Shown here: positions 56,881 to 64,000 of the stretch, one piece after another | How positions within the stretch are numbered: the stretch's first letter is position 1 | Layout: every line of letters begins with the position of its first letter | Assembly (NCBI GenBank): GCA_964016885.1 | Contig: OZ024741.1 | Coordinates: 399,342,001 to 399,406,000 of the forward strand | Direction: 5' to 3' | Length of the DNA stretch: 64,000 nt | Source: Eledone cirrhosa | Lineage: Eukaryota | The notes under the pieces: generated by a model | The model's database searches: none | Told to the model about the DNA's origin: nothing | The model's input: only the letters and a program-made list of their open reading frames with translations | Made by a program: the position numbers and the translations under genes

Positions 56881-57935
56881 AGTTTTACCAGCTTGTTCTT
56901 CTATCGAAGATACCGTTTACAACGAACAGCAAGAGTAAAATGTTAAGGCACCATTAAAAACTCATAAATACAAACTTCTTTTGACGAATCTTTCTTTTGT
57001 TACATTCTAATCAGGCGAGTCTCGTACAGCTACGGTAGGAATCCTTCCTATCTAGCCATGGCCTGGAAAAAATGTTAGAATTTGGATTATTCTGGCACCT
57101 TCTAACATACCCGTATCTAGTAACACGATCGATGGTTCTTATCAAGTAAGTTTTTTATATTTTTCTACAGTCGTCTTTTACCTGACACTCTCATATTGGT
57201 TTACTCTATTGTCTTGGCGCTCTCTCTGGTTCTTTATTTTGCAACTTCCATGCTATTATAGTTGAGCAAAGAACATGTCACACACCTACTCTCTCTCTAC
57301 ATACACATATATATATATTGTATTATATTTGGCAGTATCGGTAGAGGGTCGGACGCCATTGCTTTGCAGCAAAGAGTTACGGCCCTTTATGGTCCGAGTT
57401 CAAATCCCGCCGAGGTTAACTTTGCATTTCATCCTTACGGGGTCGATAAAATAAAGTACCAGTAATGCACTGGGATAATTGCTGGCCTTGTGCCAAAAGT
57501 AGAAACAATTATATTTATATACATTTGTCTTGACAATTTCTTACCATTGAATTACTGTGTTACTGCTCCTAATGAAAATTCTTAAATTTACTGTTAGTAG
57601 AGCTGACTTTAGATTCTAACAGTGACTATTTCTAACAATTTGTCGACCTATACAGTTGTCAGACAATATACGTTTACGTATTAATCAACATTTTAATATC
57701 TATATATTGTTTTACTATGAAGAATAGTTTAATATGTTGGGTTTATAAACCGTGGAGAAACAAGTCATCTATGCCCAACTTCGACTATTTTTCATAGTCA
57801 AATATCGTTGATACCTCTAAATTACAAATCCAAAATATATAATATATATATATTATATATATACTATCCAGGGATAACTTGAACCGTTAAGGTATATTCT
57901 CATTGGTTATGTCAAAATTTATAAAACACACTTCG

Positions 57936-57996
57936 TATTTTATCTGATGATAGCGTACCAAAATTTTGGTACCCTTGAAATATATATAATAGAATA
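57936..57996 (+). ncRNA. Type I hammerhead ribozyme, family A
   Basis: TATTTTAT CTGATGA TAGCGTACCAA-aatt-TTGGTACCCTT GAAA TATATA TA ATAGAATA. Confidence 0.82.
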
Positions 57997-58166
57997 AATA
58001 TGGTTTTATAAATATAGTTTCCATTTATTTAATATCATATATAGCTTTCTAACGTATGTTATTACTCTAAGGTGACACAACCTTTGCGAGTGCTTTGCTG
58101 CACATTCCTGATTGTATATTGTTAGTTTGGCCACAGCCAAAACTTCGATTTTACTGAACTTCCATT

Positions 58167-58231
<65 letters not shown>

Positions 58232-58455
58232 ATGTGTGTGTGTGTGTGTGTGTAAGGTTTGTGTGTGGTGTGTGTGTGTATGGTTTGTGTAGTCCAGAAA
58301 TAGCTGTCGAAATGGCTTGAGTCAGAACCCCGACAGCAGAGCTCAAGCCGTTTCGACAGCTATTTCTGGACTCAATATATATATATATATAATATAATAT
58401 ATAATATATATTTATATATATATCATATAAATATTATATGCATCTATGCGTATGT

Positions 58456-58524
<69 letters not shown>

Positions 58525-59439
58525 AATATATAATATATACATATATAATATATATGTATTTATATATATAATATAATATAAATGTATTTATATAAGTATA
58601 TTTATAGCGACACACATATGTCCAAAGCAGCTCTCTCATATCCCAATCAAGGTAGCTGTAAATATGTAAATATATACCAGGGAAGAAGAATGAACCTCTT
58701 CTCATCTTAACGCCGTTATAAACAGCGGCATAACTGTAAAAATACCGAGTGTTGATTTAGCATAAATTACTGTATTCAGTTCTTCCTGCTCGGCCAACAA
58801 TAAACTCCACTTAACATTTCTACTTGTGTCTCACATTCTTCGAAAATGGCTGCTACCCACGTGGTACATGTATGAAATCATAGTACGGTTCATTTCCATG
58901 GTGAATACCACAATTATGTATTGAGTACTTTTACTTAAAAAACAGTGCACTATATATGCCTCTCTATATGTCTGTATGTTTCTCTCTCTCTCTCTCCCTC
59001 TCTCACTTCCCCCTCCCTCTCTCACTCACTCCCTCTCTCTCTCTCTCCCTCTCTCACTTCCCCCTCCCTCTCTCACTCACTCCCTCTCTCTCTCTTTCAT
59101 ATATACCTGTATATAGAGAAGGCGCCTGACTCGTTTGTTAGGGTGTTCGGCTCAGAATCGTAAGGTCGTGAGTTCGTTTTCTCACAGCACGTTGTGTCCT
59201 TGAGCAAGACACTTTATTTCACGTTGCTCCAGTCCACTCAGCTGGCAAATATGAGTTTTACCTGTAACTCGAAGAGCTAGTCTTGTCACAATCTGTATAA
59301 CGCTGAATCTCCCCGAGAACAACGTTATGGGTGCACCCGTCTATATGTATATAGATATATTGATATTATATATATATGTATATATATATATATATATATT
59401 GATATTATATATATATGTATATATATATATATATATATA

Positions 59440-61352
59440 AATATAGACATAGAATATTCGAAAATATTCTGTATGTTTATAATAAACATTTTGAAGACCT
59501 AATCGCTATAGAATAGAATACGTCACGTATTACAATTAGATTCTCGACAAAAGCAAGGGAAGTAAATCTACGCGTTTCATTCTTATTAGAAATCGTCAGG
59601 ACTACATATCCAGTGCTTTTATCGAGAATGACACAGCTAGAGACTTATAGAATACTTAGCTGTGTACAGGAACTGGTTTGAAAGAGCGGTTGCCGGTCCG
59701 GCAGAAATTAGAAATTGGAATAAATGCTCTGAAATAGCGATATATATGTGAATATAGACATAGAATATTCGAAAATATTCTGTATGTTTATAATAAACAT
59801 TTTGAAGACCTAATCGCTATAGAATAGAATACGTCACGTATTACAATTAGATTCTCGACAAAAGCAAGGGAAGTAAATCTACGCGTTTCATTCTTATTAG
59901 AAATCGTCAGGACTACATATCCAGTGCTTTTATCGAGAATGACACAGCTAGAGACTTATAGAATACTTAGCTGTGTACAGGAACTGGTTTGAAAGAGCGG
60001 TTGCCGGTCCGGCAATATTCTATGTCTATATTCTATGTCTATATTCTATGTCTATATTCTATGTCTATATTCACATATATATCGCTATTTCAGAGCATTT
60101 ATTCCAATTTCTAATTTCTGCCGGACCGGCAACCGCTCTTTCAAACCAGTTCCTGTACACAGCTAAGTATTCTATAAGTCTCTAGCTGTGTCATTCTCGA
60201 TAAAAGCACTGGATATGTAGTCCTGACGATTTCTAATAAGAATGAAACGCGTAGATTTACTTCCCTTGCTTTTGTCGAGAATCTAATTGTAATACGTGAC
60301 GTATTCTATTCTATAGCGATTAGGTCTTCAAAATGTTTATTATAAACATACAGAATATTTTCGAATATTCTATGTCTATATTCACATATATATCGCTATT
60401 TCAGAGCATTTATTCCAATTTCTAATTTCTGCCGGACCGGCAACCGCTCTTTCAAACCAGTTCCTGTACACAGCTAAGTATTCTATAAGTCTCTAGCTGT
60501 GTCATTCTCGATAAAAGCACTGGATATGTAGTCCTGACGATTTCTAATAAGAATGAAACGCGTAGATTTACTTCCCTTGCTTTTGTCGAGAATCTAATTG
60601 TAATACGTGACGTATTCTATTCTATAGCGATTAGGTCTTCAAAATGTTTATTATAAACATACAGAATATTTTCGAATATTCTATGTCTATATTCACATAT
60701 ATATCGCTATTTCAGAGCATTTATTCCAATTTCTAATTTCTGCCGGACCGGCAACCGCTCTTTCAAACCAGTTCCTGTACACAGCTAAGTATTCTATAAG
60801 TCTCTAGCTGTGTCATTCTCGATAAAAGCACTGGATATGTAGTCCTGACGATTTCTAATAAGAATGAAACGCGTAGATTTACTTCCCTTGCTTTTGTCGA
60901 GAATCTAATTGTAATACGTGACGTATTCTATTCTATAGCGATTAGGTCTTCAAAATGTTTATTATAAACATACAGAATATTTTCGAATATTCTATGTCTA
61001 TATTCACATATATATCGCTATTTCAGAGCATTTATTCCAATTTCTAATTTCTGCCGGACCGGCAACCGCTCTTTCAAACCAGTTCCTGTACACAGCTAAG
61101 TATTCTATAAGTCTCTAGCTGTGTCATTCTCGATAAAAGCACTGGATATGTAGTCCTGACGATTTCTAATAAGAATGAAACGCGTAGATTTACTTCCCTT
61201 GCTTTTGTCGAGAATCTAATTGTAATACGTGACGTATTCTATTCTATAGCGATTAGGTCTTCAAAATGTTTATTATAAACATACAGAATATTTTCGAATA
61301 TTCTATGTCTATATTCACATATATATCGCTATTTCAGAGCATTTATTCCAAT
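59440..61352. mobile_element. Retrozyme-like array 2: 311-bp unit, ~1.85 copies (HHR minus: 59562-59605, 59873-59916) then ~4.2 inverted copies (HHR plus: 60217-60260, 60528-60571, 60839-60882, 61150-61193), junction ~60014
   Basis: Same unit as array 1 with 4 visible differences; HHR GTAGTC CTGACGA TTTCT-aata-AGAAT GAAA CGCG TA GATTTAC. Confidence 0.9.
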
Positions 61353-61382
61353 TTATATATATATATATATTGATATTATATA

Positions 61383-61444
<62 letters not shown>

Positions 61445-62581
61445 TATATAATATCAATATATATATATATACATATATATATAATATCAATATATGTATA
61501 TATATATACATATAGACGGGTGCACCCATAACGTTGTTTTCGGGGAGATTCGCTGAATCTCCCCGAGAACAACGTTATGGGTGCACCCGTCTATATGTAT
61601 ATATATATACATATATTGATATTATACCAAGTATATATGCATGTAGATATGATACATCAAATAAAATCGTAATTCCCAATATGCAAAGAAATTGAACGAA
61701 GACTGTGTTACACTCTCTTCTATAATCAGTAACGTAATCCATGATACATTTAAAAAAGACGATATTATATATAAACTGCATTAGGAGAAAATTACCGATG
61801 GAAATATATGCGATGTTTTTATAAACGATCGTTAACCGGAAGTGTTGACATTTGAAAATTTTAAAGAAGTGAATCATTAAATCTGCAATAAAATTATTTA
61901 TATCTAATCAAAAGTTACGAAATTTAGTACATAAATTATATAATATTCATTCATTATTTATTCAAAGTTCAAAGCCCGCCAAGGTTAACTTTGCCTTTCA
62001 TCCTCATGGGGTCGACGAAATAAAGTACCAGTAATGCACTGGGTAATTGCTGGCCTTGTGCCAAAAGTAGAAACAATTATTTATTCAAAGAACTCAGAAT
62101 GGCAAGGGCCGTAACTCTATGCTTTGGCGCATAGAGTTACGGCCCTTGCCATTCTGAGTTCAAATCCCGCCGAGGTTAACTTTGCCTTTCATCTTTACGG
62201 GGTCGATAAAATAAAGTACCAGTAATACACTGGTTAATTGCTGGCCTTGTGCCTAACGTAGAAACAATTATTTATTCAAAGTAATCCAGCGCAGTCCTGC
62301 ACTCTTTTTTTTTTATTATAGTTAAGATATATATATATAATTAGGTCCAATTAGGTACAATTAGGAATCAAATGATTCTATGGACTTACTTTCTTATACA
62401 TTGCTCTGATTGTTGATTATTTAATTAATTAATTCGTCATTGAGCCACACCGTGAATGGTTGCCAAAAACATATATATATATATATGGCTCTGTCTAGTT
62501 TACGTATATGTAAACCTTTATATATATATAGATATATATATATATATATAATTATATATAGATAGATAGATAGATACATAC

Positions 62582-63226
62582 ATTTCTTTATTAGCCACAG
62601 GGCTCAAAAGAAGGGGACAAATACAAATGGGGAGTTTACATACAGGTATTTGAAAATAAAACTATTAATAAAACAACAAATAACAATTGAAATCCCCAAT
62701 AGGGGGGGAGGCGTTACACAGGGGTTGTACACACCCCGAAAAAATGTACAACCCTCATCTCCAGGAGCACCAAGAGTGAGTACTCCCCTCCTCTCTTCCT
62801 CTTTTTCCTCAACCTATAGGCTTATATAGAGAGAAAGCCCAACCACTCGGGCCATCTTTGCCACATTCACCCACCTTTTATAAAATTTGCTGGGGTACAG
62901 CACCTCTCTCTCCATCCTAATTCTTCTTCCAAAATGATATTTGAAAAAACGAATCAGTTGCTCGCCGGAGAGAAAGGTGTCTGACCTCAGCCCTTTTAAC
63001 CTCGTCCACCATATAACCTCTTTCACCATAGCCATAACACATAGGAAAACCGTCTCTCCCTCGTTTTTGAAGGAGGGTGGCGGTTTGATCATGACAATGG
63101 ACTCGGTGGTCAATTGGATTGGTCCCACCCGCGACAATAGTCGTTCTACATAGCCCCACAGGTCGGTAACGCTCGGGCAGTGTGCAAATGCGTGCGCGAC
63201 GGTTTCCTCGTCGCGCACGCATCTCA
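62582..63226 (-). mobile_element. 5'-truncated Tx1/L1-clade LINE 3' end, related to 7325-11472
   Basis: RCVRDEETVAHAFAHCPSVTDLWGYVE...KEVIWWTRLKGL is homologous to ORF 10807-11214; same 3' terminus GTGGCTAATAAA. Confidence 0.88.
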
Positions 63227-63261
63227 GATAGATGGATAGATACATACATATATATATATAT

Positions 63262-63299
<38 letters not shown>

Positions 63300-63300
63300 C

Positions 63301-63363
<63 letters not shown>

Positions 63364-64000
63364 TGATATATAGATAGATAGATAGATATATAGATAGATA
63401 GATAGATGGATAGATTGATAGATAGATAGATGGATAGATTGATGGATATATAGATTTTGAAATCCCCAATAGATTGATAGATAGATAGAGAATGAGTGAG
63501 AAAGTGACAGAGGGAGAGAGAGGGGAGGGAGAGGAGAGCGTGTGAATGAGTGAAAAGTAGGAATGTCTGTAGCCTTTGATAAAATGTCTAAATATCTGAA
63601 GTATTTGTTGTAATGTACCAATAATACAATTTATTTATCTACTTATTTATGTACAACGACGAATATATTTCTTATGAAATCTGGCAGTCAGTTACTGCTA
63701 ATAATATGTTATTTGATAAATCTTGTTTTAACAACTAACATCTGTTAAATATTGTAGTTATCATGTGGTGTCCCAGCATAACATACGAGCCCTTAACAGC
63801 ATCTTTAACGACCTCTTCAGGCGCTGTCTCTACCATGGGAAACTGAAAACTTGGATTTCTATCTTCAAATTTTCAATCATTGAAAAAGTTAAATTAAATA
63901 CGTTGGAATAATGGTTTCTTATATAGGCACAAGGCCAGCAATTTGAGGGGAGGGGAAGTCGATTTAATCGGCATCAGTGTGACTGGTACTTTATTTTATC

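Overview
Gene-free, repeat-saturated eukaryotic DNA. The SINE families and (TA)n density suggest an octopod/cephalopod genome (inference). No intact host gene is visible. The recognisable protein-coding sequence is all decayed retrotransposon: a CR1/L2-type LINE, a near-full-length Tx1/L1-clade LINE plus two 3' fragments, two CRE-like REL-endonuclease fragments, and Penelope-like GIY-YIG fragments. The window also holds tRNA-derived SINEs and three large mini/microsatellite blocks. The main hidden signal is RNA structure. About 30 type I hammerhead ribozyme (HHR) motifs (stem I-CUGANGA-stem II-GAAA-stem III-NUH-stem I') can be read by eye, in at least 7 small non-coding element families, mostly embedded in (TA)n tracts. 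Thirteen lie in two arrays of a 310/311-bp tandem unit with one HHR per unit, which looks like a metazoan non-LTR retrozyme (circRNA-mediated retroelement). Nearly all insertions are fold-back structures whose ribozymes face outward from a central junction, consistent with two-sided (twin) priming from (TA)n targets, plausibly by Penelope-like machinery. Coordinates were counted by hand and may be off by a few bases.
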